From a virus: a stretch of DNA of 46,118 nucleotides. The notes beneath the pieces are model-generated. The model was given only the letters and a program-made list of their open reading frames with translations, was not told the DNA's origin and searched no databases. Shown piece after piece: positions 6,378-15,077 of the stretch. The stretch lies in IMG/VR virus record IMGVR_UViG_3300028048_000013. One strand, written 5' to 3'. Position numbers and translations under genes: made by a program. Numbering within the stretch: the stretch's first letter is position 1; each line of letters starts with the position of its first letter.

Positions 6378-6629
6378 ATGGCAAATAAGGTTTACCGCGT
6401 TGTCGCTTGCATTGGTAGGAAACGCAACGTTATATTCGAATCCAAGGCGTTTGACCCGACCGACGGTTGCGCCGATTACGACGCGTTCAAAGAAACCGTC
6501 CGCGCCCGTGAACAACATTGTATGGACCTTTGGGGCGCGGGCTATTCCGTAACGACGGATGGCCGTTACCATCATATCGGCAAGAACATTGACGCCGGAC
6601 GCATTGAAATTGTTTTATCATCCAAATAA
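6378..6629 (+). CDS. Hypothetical early protein (83 aa)
   Basis: First ATG of track ORF 6327..6629 (the track start is TTG). Confidence 0.65.
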   Translation: MANKVYRVVACIGRKRNVIFESKAFDPTDGCADYDAFKETVRAREQHCMDLWGAGYSVTTDGRYHHIGKNIDAGRIEIVLSSK

Positions 6630-6637
6630 GAACCCGA

Positions 6638-6653
6638 CCGGGCGGATTCCCGG
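6638..6653 (+). promoter_or_regulatory. CCGGG-CGGATT-CCCGG hairpin
   Basis: Same stem and loop family as the leader hairpin 2 copies; 7 nt before the ATG at 6661. Confidence 0.55.
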
Positions 6654-6660
6654 AACTGTT

Positions 6661-7098
6661 ATGCGATTCAAGATTGATGAAAATTTGAAACGGGTTGCGG
6701 CCGCCAAGGCGGCCCGCCCGGAAACCGTGGCGGTCGAACTTTTGGCCGCGTTGGTTGATGCGGGAATGATTGAGGACCCGAACGACAATTGGGGCGAATC
6801 CGTGTTGATTGCGACCGGCCCGCAATACGTTTCCGATGTTTGCGCCGTTTTGGCCGAATACCTGTACAACGACGAAACCCGTTCCATTCCGGCCGACGTG
6901 TTCGACGCGTTTTGCGCCCTTATCGTTTGGGGCGATGGCGATTGCCCGCATTGCGGCGGCGAATTGGAATTTGTCGAAACAGAGGGCCACGAACTGAATG
7001 ATGGCGATTATTACACGCCCAATTCATACGTCGTTGATAATTACGTTTATCGTTGCGCCGAATGTGGCGAATACATTAAAACCCCAAATGAATTATGA
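6661..7098 (+). CDS. Zinc-ribbon protein (145 aa)
   Basis: CPHCGG ... CAECGE pair. Start chosen after the hairpin; an upstream in-frame ATG at 6559 would overlap the previous gene by 70 nt. Confidence 0.6.
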   Translation: MRFKIDENLKRVAAAKAARPETVAVELLAALVDAGMIEDPNDNWGESVLIATGPQYVSDVCAVLAEYLYNDETRSIPADVFDAFCALIVWGDGDCPHCGGELEFVETEGHELNDGDYYTPNSYVVDNYVYRCAECGEYIKTPNEL

Positions 7099-7325
7099 TG
7101 CGAATTGAACAAGCGATTGCCCGCGCAAAGGAACAGGGCAACAAAGTGTTGAAAAAAGACATTGCCGCCCGGTTGTGGCCCGATTCCACGCCGGTTGCAC
7201 AACAGGTTAATTTTACCCGTCTTTGCGCCGGGAAAACCCCGCGCATTTACGAAGAATGGGTTAAAATCATTTGCGAAATGACCGGTTGCACGGCCGATTT
7301 TCTATTTGGACTTTCAAACGAATAA
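7095..7325 (+). CDS. XRE-type helix-turn-helix DNA-binding protein
   Basis: LKKDIAARLW...VNFTRLCAGKT...MTGCTADFLFGL is typical of short Cro/CI-type HTH proteins. Confidence 0.55.
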   Translation: MMRIEQAIARAKEQGNKVLKKDIAARLWPDSTPVAQQVNFTRLCAGKTPRIYEEWVKIICEMTGCTADFLFGLSNE

Positions 7326-7329
7326 CGAT

Positions 7330-7491
7330 ATGGAAAAGGTAAATTTGTTTTGGGCCATTATTTGGTCGGTTATGGCGGCGTTGTGCTTAATAGCCATTTT
7401 TTGGAATCCGTCGCATTTCTTCACGTTGGCAATATCCGTTTTGTTTGCCGCGATGTTTTGGCACGATTACCGTAAAACCAAAGGAATGTAA
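7330..7491 (+). CDS. Small membrane protein (53 aa, two hydrophobic helices)
   Basis: MEKVNLFWAIIWSVMAALCLIAIFW...FFTLAISVLFAAMFW. Confidence 0.55.
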   Translation: MEKVNLFWAIIWSVMAALCLIAIFWNPSHFFTLAISVLFAAMFWHDYRKTKGM

Positions 7492-7509
7492 CATTAAAAA
7501 GGCGATACA

Positions 7510-8844
7510 ATGAAAGACACAAAGACAATTGACCCGGCGTTGGCCGCATTGGCCGAACCGGAACAGGAACAGGCAAAGGAAATCGCGCCCGGAATGACCG
7601 TTGAGGAAATCCGCGCCGTATATTTCAACGCCGACGCATTGAAAGAACCCGCGTACCGTGTTTTCCAACTCAATTCCGACGGACATCGGTATTATTACCG
7701 GTTCAACGAAGCCGGGGAACCCGAATTTTTCCCGTCCGTCACGACGTTGTTAAAACAGGTTATGCCGACGCCGCCCGCCCTGTTGGATTGGATGATTGCG
7801 AACGGCAAGGATGGCGCGACGGAAAAACGCGACCTTGCGGCGGCATACGGAACGTTTATGCACATCCAATTCGAAACGTTGGTAATCAATCGGCGTTACG
7901 ACTTTGATAACGTCCCGGCGGTCCTGTTGGGATATATGGAACGGGAAAATTTGCCCGAAAAGGTATTTTCCGAATGGTTGCCGAAAATCCGCAAGGATGT
8001 GTTGGCGTTCGCCCAATTCGTCCGGGATTACAACGTAAAGCCGTTGGCAATCGAAATCGGGTTGGTCCATCCAAAATACAATTACGCCGGTTGCATTGAT
8101 TTGCCGTGCATAATGACCGACCCGAAAAGCGGGAAACAGTTTACCGCAATCGTTGATTTCAAAAGCGGCCGGAAAGGGTTTTACGAAGAACACGAATTGC
8201 AATTGCATTTGTACCGGGAAATGTGGAACGTAAATTACCCGGAAACCCCGGTTGCCCGCGTGTTCAACTTTTCGCCAAAGGATTGGCGGACGAAACCCAC
8301 GTACAATTTGAAAGACCAAACCGATTCCGTGAACGCCCGGAAATTGCCGTACCTGTTGGCCCTTGCATCCATTGAGGACGAAAAGCGGGATAACACGTTG
8401 ACGATTGTACGCGGCGTTTTGGACCTTGACAACGGAAAGATTGCCGACAACATCTTGACGTTATCGTTGGCCGACCTTATCAAGACGAAAGCGACCGAAA
8501 AGGACGCCCCGGAACAGGCGGCGAAAACCCCGGAAACGACGGATGAACCGGAACCGCCCAAGAAAGGCCGTAAAAGGGCCGTAAAAGCGACGAAAGAACC
8601 CGAACCGATAAATTCCCCGTCCGAACCGGGAAAGCCCGTTAAAACGGAAAATAAGGAAAAACAACTTATCCGGGCGGGCGGTTCCCCGGATGAAAAATTA
8701 CCGTGGGAAAAGGATATTGCCGACGGAACGGGCATTGAGGTTGAAAAAACCGACGATGGCGTGAAAGTGACGGCCCGGTATTTCGAACCGGCCCCGGAAC
8801 AGGCGGCAAAGGATAATTTGTTAAACGACGAAATCGAATTGTAA
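7510..8844 (+). CDS. PD-(D/E)XK family exonuclease with low-complexity Lys/Glu/Pro-rich C-terminal extension
   Basis: GCIDLPC...AIVDFKSG...ELQLHLY fits a D...(D/E)xK...QxxxY nuclease core. Confidence 0.5.
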   Translation: MKDTKTIDPALAALAEPEQEQAKEIAPGMTVEEIRAVYFNADALKEPAYRVFQLNSDGHRYYYRFNEAGEPEFFPSVTTLLKQVMPTPPALLDWMIANGKDGATEKRDLAAAYGTFMHIQFETLVINRRYDFDNVPAVLLGYMERENLPEKVFSEWLPKIRKDVLAFAQFVRDYNVKPLAIEIGLVHPKYNYAGCIDLPCIMTDPKSGKQFTAIVDFKSGRKGFYEEHELQLHLYREMWNVNYPETPVARVFNFSPKDWRTKPTYNLKDQTDSVNARKLPYLLALASIEDEKRDNTLTIVRGVLDLDNGKIADNILTLSLADLIKTKATEKDAPEQAAKTPETTDEPEPPKKGRKRAVKATKEPEPINSPSEPGKPVKTENKEKQLIRAGGSPDEKLPWEKDIADGTGIEVEKTDDGVKVTARYFEPAPEQAAKDNLLNDEIEL

Positions 8845-8845
8845 T

Positions 8846-9202
8846 ATGACGGTTAAAGATTTACAAATTGGGTCGCCGGTTTACCGGGTGCAAATGGATT
8901 CAATAGACGTTTTCCGTGTTCGTCTTATTGAGCAATTCAAAGATGGGACGCGTTCGGTTGAATTGGACGCATCGTGGAAACCGCGTTGCAATGCCAAGGA
9001 AGATGCAACCGAAATGCGCAATATCAATTCGTCGGAAACGGTTTGGTATGTCAATATTGAGGATGCCGAATTGGCACAACTTATGCGCCGTTCCGAATTC
9101 GTCGAAAAATTGAAAAAGGCGATGGAAGATGCACAAAACAAGTTTGCCGATGCAATCCAACGTTACGCATTTGCCGAACCGTCAACACCAAAAGAATTTT
9201 AA
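8846..9202 (+). CDS. Hypothetical protein (118 aa)
   Basis: ATG-initiated ORF, 1-nt gap from its neighbour. Confidence 0.7.
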   Translation: MTVKDLQIGSPVYRVQMDSIDVFRVRLIEQFKDGTRSVELDASWKPRCNAKEDATEMRNINSSETVWYVNIEDAELAQLMRRSEFVEKLKKAMEDAQNKFADAIQRYAFAEPSTPKEF

Positions 9203-9204
9203 TT

Positions 9205-9930
9205 ATGGGCGGAAGAATTTACAGGCCCGAACAGGGCGCGGGAATCCTTGAATTACCCGAAATCGGCCGGTTGCACATTGGCAAAAAACAGATGGGCCAA
9301 AACGGCCGGGAATACCCGGTTTCCGTGGATTATTTCATACCGGCCGGAAAGTATGCCGGGATGTTCACGCAAGCGTTGGGCGAAAAGCCGCAAACCATTC
9401 AAGTAATATTCCCGGATGATTCCCCGGAAAAGGTATGCAACGAACGGTACGAATACCGCGACAACGCGGGCGCATTGGTCGCCAAGGGCGACGGCCGGAC
9501 GTTCGAAATTTGGGACGGCAAAAAATACGTTCCATATTCGGTTGATGCGTACCCGGACATTATGGACCAAATCGCAAAGAACAACCCGACAAAGCGCGGG
9601 GCCGACAATTGGGATATTGTCTTAACGTTGCGGTTCATTGTTCCGGCCGTCCGGGGAATCGTTGGCGTATGGCAATTTTCGACCAAGGGCAAGGCGTCAA
9701 GCGTCCGGAATATCCGGGAATCGTTCGATGGTGTGCAAATGATGCGCGGAACGGTAACGCAAACCGTGTTCGATTTGTCGGTACAGTTTGCAAAGAGTAA
9801 CAAACCCGGCGTTTCATCCCGTTATCCTGTTGTTTCGTTGGTTGCCAATGATACCCGGATTGAGGAAATACGCAAAGCGATTGCACCGACGCAAAATTTG
9901 TCGTTATTGTTGCCGGATAAAGAAAAATGA
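9205..9930 (+). CDS. Conserved-looking hypothetical protein (241 aa); a single-strand annealing or binding role is only a positional guess
   Basis: Lies next to the exonuclease; no motif I can name. Confidence 0.7.
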   Translation: MGGRIYRPEQGAGILELPEIGRLHIGKKQMGQNGREYPVSVDYFIPAGKYAGMFTQALGEKPQTIQVIFPDDSPEKVCNERYEYRDNAGALVAKGDGRTFEIWDGKKYVPYSVDAYPDIMDQIAKNNPTKRGADNWDIVLTLRFIVPAVRGIVGVWQFSTKGKASSVRNIRESFDGVQMMRGTVTQTVFDLSVQFAKSNKPGVSSRYPVVSLVANDTRIEEIRKAIAPTQNLSLLLPDKEK

Positions 9931-9972
9931 TTATATTTACATCAAATAACAGTTGCGGCCACAACTGACACA

Positions 9973-10035
9973 GAAATTTAATGCCCTGTAAAGTACCCCA
10001 ATCGTGGCCGCGATTGGTTGGAAATACGGGGCATT
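9973..10035 (+). promoter_or_regulatory. Structured leader element copy B (63 nt)
   Basis: Outer helix AATGCCCTGTA/TACGGGGCATT; inner helix CCAATCG/CGATTGG, a different sequence from copy A with the same geometry. Confidence 0.6.
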
Positions 10036-10044
10036 GCTCCTTTT

Positions 10045-10875
10045 ATGGATTTACAACGTAAAATTGACTTTGCAATAAAGTTGTTGCGTTCGATTCCGCA
10101 AGATGGACCGATTGAATTGTCGTATAGTGGCGGTAAAGATTCGGACGTAATCTTGGAATTGGCCAAAATGTCCGGTATTCCATTCGAAGCGATTTACAAG
10201 AATACAACGATTGACCCGCCGGGAACGATTGCGCATTGTAAGGAAAAAGGCGTTACGATTTTGAAACCGCGTGTTTCATCTCAAAAGATATTGGAAACAA
10301 AGGGTATGCCGTCAAGATGGCGTCGGTTTTGTTGTTCCGAATTGAAAGAATACAAAGTATATGACCGGGCAATACAGGGAATCCGCCGATGTGAATCAAT
10401 CAAAAGGGCAAAAATGTATAAAGAACCGGAAGAATGTAGAGTTTATCCAAATCGGGAAAAAGTACGTGTTTATTTTCCAATTCTTGAATGGACCGATAAA
10501 GATATTGAACAATTCATTGAGGACCGAAAAATAAAGTGTGCGCCGGTCTATTATGACGAAAACGGACAATTCCACGTTGAACGCCGTTTGGGTTGTTTGG
10601 GGTGTCCTTTGAAATCGGATGTTGGTTTAGCGGACTATACGAAATATCCAAAGTTGTTGAAAGCACATATAAAAGCATATCAAAAATTTTTAGATAACAA
10701 TAAAGGTAAAAAATTCGCTTCATTTCTTAACGGTTCCGCATACAACGGTTTCTTTTATCGTTTATTTTGTCGGTCAACCGGACAATATTTAATGTACATT
10801 GGCGGCGGCTTATTCCCGGAACAAAAGATTGATACAAAGGAATTTTTGGAACAATATTTTGGAATTGAATTATGA
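10045..10875 (+). CDS. PAPS reductase-like PP-loop ATP pyrophosphatase family protein
   Basis: LSYSGGKDSDVILELA PP-loop motif; C-terminal CLGCP; first ATG of the track ORF (the track start is TTG). Confidence 0.8.
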   Translation: MDLQRKIDFAIKLLRSIPQDGPIELSYSGGKDSDVILELAKMSGIPFEAIYKNTTIDPPGTIAHCKEKGVTILKPRVSSQKILETKGMPSRWRRFCCSELKEYKVYDRAIQGIRRCESIKRAKMYKEPEECRVYPNREKVRVYFPILEWTDKDIEQFIEDRKIKCAPVYYDENGQFHVERRLGCLGCPLKSDVGLADYTKYPKLLKAHIKAYQKFLDNNKGKKFASFLNGSAYNGFFYRLFCRSTGQYLMYIGGGLFPEQKIDTKEFLEQYFGIEL

Positions 10876-11636
10876 CGTACCAATTTGATACAGATATTGC
10901 CGCCCTGTATGGCGTGGACGAATCCATAATGATTGCCAATTTGCGATTTTGGATTCGCAAGAACGAAGCGAACGGCAAACATTTTCACGATGGCCGTTTT
11001 TGGACGTATAACAGTATTGAAGCGTTTACGAAATTGTTTCCGTTTTGGACGGCCCGGCAAATCCGGCGTGTTCTCAAATCTTTGGAAGAAAAAGGCGTAA
11101 TTGTCACGGGGAATTATAACACGTCCGCATACGACCGGACAACGTGGTACGCTTTCGGCGATTCGTTCTTACAAAAAGGACAAAAGCATTTTACCGAATC
11201 GTCAAATGGTAACGACGAATCGGGCAAATCCGTTATAAATAACGTAACAGATATTAAACCCGATAATAAACCAAATGAAGCCGCCGACGGCGGTTTGTTC
11301 CCGACCGAACCGGCATTTGAAACGGTTACAGTTACCCGGCCGCGCCGGACCGCCGAACCGGCCGCGTGTCTATTCGAAAATTCCCGGTTCGCCGAATACA
11401 ACGCGTTTGCCGCCGAATTTACGGCCCCGGAATTTGCCGACGTGGATATGGTCTATTATTACCACGCCGTCGCGGATTGGTCCGCGCAAAAGGGCAAGAA
11501 AATGAAAGATTGGATTGCAACGGCGCGTAACTTTATCCGGGGCGATATGGAAAAGGGCAAGTTGCACCGGAAAAGCGGAACCGGCCCGGGATTGTCCCCG
11601 GATGCAATCAAATATTTGCAAGATATGGCCGATTAA
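10872..11636 (+). CDS. Replication organizer, DnaD/phage-O-like winged-helix N-terminal domain
   Basis: YGVDESIMIANLRFWIRKNEANGKHFHDGRFWTYNSIEAFTKLFPFWTARQIRRVLKSLEEKGVI. Confidence 0.5.
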   Translation: MTYQFDTDIAALYGVDESIMIANLRFWIRKNEANGKHFHDGRFWTYNSIEAFTKLFPFWTARQIRRVLKSLEEKGVIVTGNYNTSAYDRTTWYAFGDSFLQKGQKHFTESSNGNDESGKSVINNVTDIKPDNKPNEAADGGLFPTEPAFETVTVTRPRRTAEPAACLFENSRFAEYNAFAAEFTAPEFADVDMVYYYHAVADWSAQKGKKMKDWIATARNFIRGDMEKGKLHRKSGTGPGLSPDAIKYLQDMAD

Positions 11637-11639
11637 GCG

Positions 11640-12539
11640 ATGGAACAGAACAACAACCAAATTGCCGTCCGGCCGGTACAGAAAACGGCCGTTATGATAC
11701 GCCGGGAAATGGTCAAGATTCCCGCCGTTATGGGTGCGTTGGGTCCTGTTGAAAAGGCCGTGTTTCTTGCGTCCACGGCGAAAACCATTGCCGAATATGA
11801 TGTCGCCGAACTTTCCGCCGAATTGGCCGTGGCCTTGAAATGGATTTGCAAAGATGTTGGGTACAGGTCCCCGGATGAAAGCGACCGCCAATATTTGGTT
11901 ATCCGGACCGCCGAAATACTGAAACGGTATTATTCCGGTTTGACGTTAAAGGATTTCCGGATGGCGTTTGAAATGAGCATTACCGGCGAATTGGATGATT
12001 TCTTACCGCGTGGGCGCGATGGACAACCCGACCGGAACCATTACCAACAATTCAACGCCGAATATGTGTGCAAGATTTTGAACGCGTACAAAGGCCGCCG
12101 GGCGTGGGTATTGAAGAAAGCAAACGAAGCGGTCCCGAAAGAGGAACCCAAACCGAACCCGGAACGCGAACGGTATTACAGGAACGAAACCCGTAAAGAT
12201 TGCATCAAGGCGTTCGAATATTTCAAGGAAAACGGGCGGTTGCCCGAAATGTCGCCAATCGGTCAAATGTTGTGTTACGAATCGTTGTCCGCCGTCGGAC
12301 TTGCCGACGAAATCGTTGTGACGATTGAGGAACAAAAAGAAATATGGCAACGGACCGTTAACGAATTTGCCCGGCGCGGGATGATTGGGGATGTTAACCG
12401 GATGAAACGGCAAGGAACCGACGCCAAGGATATTGAACACGGTTCGTTCGCATTGGCCCGGCGCAAGGCGTTAACCGCATCGTTCCGCCGGATGGTTGAA
12501 CAGGGAATAACCATTACGGATTACATAAAATTCGAATAG
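11640..12539 (+). CDS. Hypothetical protein in the replication module (299 aa)
   Basis: ATG ORF with TAG stop at 12537..12539; no P-loop seen. Confidence 0.7.
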   Translation: MEQNNNQIAVRPVQKTAVMIRREMVKIPAVMGALGPVEKAVFLASTAKTIAEYDVAELSAELAVALKWICKDVGYRSPDESDRQYLVIRTAEILKRYYSGLTLKDFRMAFEMSITGELDDFLPRGRDGQPDRNHYQQFNAEYVCKILNAYKGRRAWVLKKANEAVPKEEPKPNPERERYYRNETRKDCIKAFEYFKENGRLPEMSPIGQMLCYESLSAVGLADEIVVTIEEQKEIWQRTVNEFARRGMIGDVNRMKRQGTDAKDIEHGSFALARRKALTASFRRMVEQGITITDYIKFE

Positions 12540-12558
12540 AAAGTAACATATTTTTTCG

Positions 12559-12801
12559 ATGGAAAGTAAAATAAACATTGATATTCGGGACAACATTAAA
12601 CCGGAATTGGCGTTGCGTTTGGTCGCCCGTGTTATTGCGGGCGGTAAAATATCAAAGGGCGAAAACGGAAAAATGTATTACTGTTGGTTAACAACCTTTG
12701 ACACGCCCGACGGCGAAATTGCCGTTTCAACACGTCAATATCGGAAAAACGATTGCTTCATTGTTTGGAAATACGGAAAGAAAGATGGAACAGAAAATTA
12801 A
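12559..12801 (+). CDS. Hypothetical protein (80 aa)
   Basis: ATG-initiated track ORF. Confidence 0.65.
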   Translation: MESKINIDIRDNIKPELALRLVARVIAGGKISKGENGKMYYCWLTTFDTPDGEIAVSTRQYRKNDCFIVWKYGKKDGTEN

Positions 12802-13345
12802 AATCAATTGCGTTATTGGCGTGGACCCGGGAAGCGGCGGCGGAATCGCCGTGTTTGTTCCCGGCCACAATACAAAGGCGTTGAAGATGCCGAAAGACAT
12901 TACCGAATTGCGGGATTTCTTCACGTATTACAAAGACAATTTCAAACCGATTGTCTTTTTGGAAAAATTGTCGGTCCGCCCGGACGACGTGGTTGTACAG
13001 GGCGACCGGGCCGCGATGGGAAAGTTGTACCGGGTGCAAAAGATGATGGCCAATTTCGAACACTTGAAAGCCCTAATTGAAACGTCCGGGATTCCGTATG
13101 TATTGGTTCATCCGCTTTCGTGGCAAACCAAATTGAAATTGCGCGTTCGCGGCGTACACGAAGAAAAGGCCGACCGGAAACGCCGGTACAGGGAAACGGC
13201 CGCGCAATTGTACCCGGGCGTTAATGTGACGTTGTGGAACGCGGACGCCCTGTTGTTAATGCATTTCGGCCGTTGGGCGTTGGTCAATGAACCGAAATGG
13301 GTAAAGGCCAATTTGCCGGAACGGGAATACCAAAAATTGTTTTGA
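12785..13345 (+). CDS. RuvC-like Holliday junction resolvase
   Basis: CVIGVDPGSGGGIAVF catalytic-Asp N-terminus; first ATG of the track ORF (the track start is TTG). Confidence 0.7.
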   Translation: MEQKIKINCVIGVDPGSGGGIAVFVPGHNTKALKMPKDITELRDFFTYYKDNFKPIVFLEKLSVRPDDVVVQGDRAAMGKLYRVQKMMANFEHLKALIETSGIPYVLVHPLSWQTKLKLRVRGVHEEKADRKRRYRETAAQLYPGVNVTLWNADALLLMHFGRWALVNEPKWVKANLPEREYQKLF

Positions 13346-13346
13346 A

Positions 13347-13451
13347 ATGTGCAAGTTGAAAAACGAATGTTTGGGTTTTTGGTTTTGGCACAATGGGAAA
13401 TGCAATGCCGGGCCGGGCGATTATTGCCGAATATTGAAACAACGTTATTGA
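13347..13451 (+). CDS. Possible Cys-rich mini-protein (34 aa)
   Basis: MCKLKNECLGFWFWHNGKCNAGPGDYCRILKQRY fills the gap exactly between its neighbours. Confidence 0.35.
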   Translation: MCKLKNECLGFWFWHNGKCNAGPGDYCRILKQRY

Positions 13452-13452
13452 T

Positions 13453-13629
13453 ATGAGAACAAGCGAATACCAAAAATTGTTCGGTTTGAGGAACAAAGAA
13501 ACGGGAAAGTTGATATTGTATTATTGGGCTTCATCCCAAAAGCACAAAGCGATTTTTTCGACCCGGGAAAAAGCGATGGACGCGGCCCGATGGTTTGATA
13601 ATGAACCCGAAATTGTTGAATTTACATAA
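13453..13629 (+). CDS. Hypothetical protein (58 aa)
   Basis: Hand translation gives MRTSEYQKLFGLRNKETGKLILYYWASSQKHKAIFSTREKAMDAARWFDNEPEIVEFT. Confidence 0.5.
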   Translation: MRTSEYQKLFGLRNKETGKLILYYWASSQKHKAIFSTREKAMDAARWFDNEPEIVEFT

Positions 13630-13630
13630 T

Positions 13631-13801
13631 ATGAAACTCGTTGTTATATCGATTAATATCCAAGACGAAAACGGCCGTTATATTCCGCTTGAAGCATTAA
13701 ACGTAACGCAATTAAAAAACGTTCGATTTTGTTTGTTGGTTGAAGCCGGGAAAATCAAACAAGAAATATTCAACAGAACCGGCGAAATACTTGATGATTA
13801 A
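13631..13801 (+). CDS. Hypothetical protein (56 aa)
   Basis: ATG 1 nt after the previous stop, in frame with track ORF 13595..13801. Confidence 0.5.
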   Translation: MKLVVISINIQDENGRYIPLEALNVTQLKNVRFCLLVEAGKIKQEIFNRTGEILDD

Positions 13802-14074
13802 ATGGACCGAATCTTTGTTGTCGTAACGCCTGTTTGCCCGCATTACCCCGGGCGCAAGTTAGGTTCGAAAGAGTGTACGCAATGCGACCATTTCCGGGGC
13901 GGAATCGTACAAAATTTCGTGGATTGCGCACACAATCGGCCGGAAATAGAACAGAAAACCCCGAAATCGGCACGGAAAGCCGCCAAAATAGCACAACCGG
14001 CCAAGAAAAGAGGACGGCCCGCGAAAAAGGCCATTTCCAAGCCCGTAAAGACACGCAAAAAGAAAAATGGATAA
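13802..14074 (+). CDS. Cys/His-rich protein with basic AT-hook tail
   Basis: CPH...CTQCDH...CAH, then KKRGRPAKK and KTRKKK. Confidence 0.65.
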   Translation: MDRIFVVVTPVCPHYPGRKLGSKECTQCDHFRGGIVQNFVDCAHNRPEIEQKTPKSARKAAKIAQPAKKRGRPAKKAISKPVKTRKKKNG

Positions 14075-14297
14075 GTTGTACCAAGACGGGCAAAAATGCC
14101 CGCAAATCGAAAATTTGGCAAAAATAACGCCCGAACAGGCGGCGGAATACGTGCGATTCGTCGCACACGTCCGGCATACGCAACGCCGGTATTTCACTTT
14201 CCGCAAACCGGAAATCTTGGATGAATCCCGGCGGTTGGAAAAAGAGTTGGACGCGTTGAACGCGCATTTGTTGGACCCAACACCACGGTTGTTTTGA
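14067..14297 (+). CDS. Hypothetical protein (76 aa)
   Basis: ATG-initiated track ORF. Confidence 0.65.
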   Translation: MDKLYQDGQKCPQIENLAKITPEQAAEYVRFVAHVRHTQRRYFTFRKPEILDESRRLEKELDALNAHLLDPTPRLF

Positions 14298-14298
14298 T

Positions 14299-14619
14299 AT
14301 GGAAAAATTAAAACCGTTGACCGTTCCATTGTTGGCCGTAAACCATTACGGCCCGGAACATCAAAAGCGAAAGGCCGTTGAAGAAATGGGCGAATTGATA
14401 ACCGCGTTGTCCCGGGAACAGGACGGCCGCGCCACGCCGAAACAGGTAATAACCGAAATCGCCGACGTTCATTTGATGATTCGCCAATTGATGGTCATAT
14501 ACGGGTTGGATGCCTGTTTGAAAGAATACGACCGGAAACAACGCCGGTTGTTGCGTCGGATGGATAAGGAAAACGGCGGCGATTATCGAAAAGAAAAAGA
14601 CGATGGGAACAAAGGTTGA
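14299..14619 (+). CDS. MazG-like nucleotide pyrophosphohydrolase
   Basis: KAVEEMGELITAL ... ITEIADVHLMIRQL matches the EExGE...E..D all-alpha NTP-PPase pattern. Confidence 0.55.
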   Translation: MEKLKPLTVPLLAVNHYGPEHQKRKAVEEMGELITALSREQDGRATPKQVITEIADVHLMIRQLMVIYGLDACLKEYDRKQRRLLRRMDKENGGDYRKEKDDGNKG

Positions 14620-14806
14620 CGCGTATATTGCACGGGACCCGAACGGGATTTGCCGGATTATGGTCAAGCGGGCCAAATTCAAACATTGGTTCGAATTGGG
14701 CCAACACGGGCCGACCGACGCCGCGTTTGAACAGGCATTGGCGGCCGGAACGGTTCGATGGAATCCGGCGATTGAGGACAAAACAAAACTTTTTCGCAAA
14801 ATTTAA
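14603..14806 (+). CDS. Hypothetical protein (67 aa)
   Basis: ATG-initiated ORF with a 17-nt overlap. Confidence 0.55.
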   Translation: MGTKVDAYIARDPNGICRIMVKRAKFKHWFELGQHGPTDAAFEQALAAGTVRWNPAIEDKTKLFRKI

Positions 14807-14815
14807 CTAAAAATA

Positions 14816-14846
14816 TTTGGTATTATAAAATTTATCCTTATCTTTG
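14816..14846 (+). promoter_or_regulatory. Bacteroidota-type promoter P4 (-33 TTTG 14816..14819, -7 TATCTTTG 14839..14846)
   Basis: 19-nt spacing; fourth copy of the cassette. Confidence 0.7.
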
Positions 14847-14850
14847 TATC

Positions 14851-14890
14851 GGGTTAAGGAAACAACCCAACCGTCCGGGCGGGTTCCCGG
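14851..14890 (+). promoter_or_regulatory. Two-hairpin 5' leader of P4
   Basis: GGGTT..AACCC (14851..14868) and CCGGG-CGGGTT-CCCGG (14875..14890). Confidence 0.6.
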
Positions 14891-14905
14891 TAAAGACAAC
14901 GGGTT

Positions 14906-15070
14906 ATGAAAACGAAAGTAAGTTTTGACAAATTGGTTTATATGGGTGTAAAAATGGTTTTGGATTGCACCCCGGTTGGAATGGCCGTTGCGGTCCTTTC
15001 TCAAACCAATAAATTAAGCGTCGCGGAAGCGGTACAATTGAAAGCCGCAATTATTGACCAATTGCGATAA
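14906..15070 (+). CDS. Hypothetical small protein (54 aa)
   Basis: Hand translation gives MKTKVSFDKLVYMGVKMVLDCTPVGMAVAVLSQTNKLSVAEAVQLKAAIIDQLR; ATG 15 nt after the leader hairpin. Confidence 0.5.
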   Translation: MKTKVSFDKLVYMGVKMVLDCTPVGMAVAVLSQTNKLSVAEAVQLKAAIIDQLR

Positions 15071-15077
15071 TACATTT

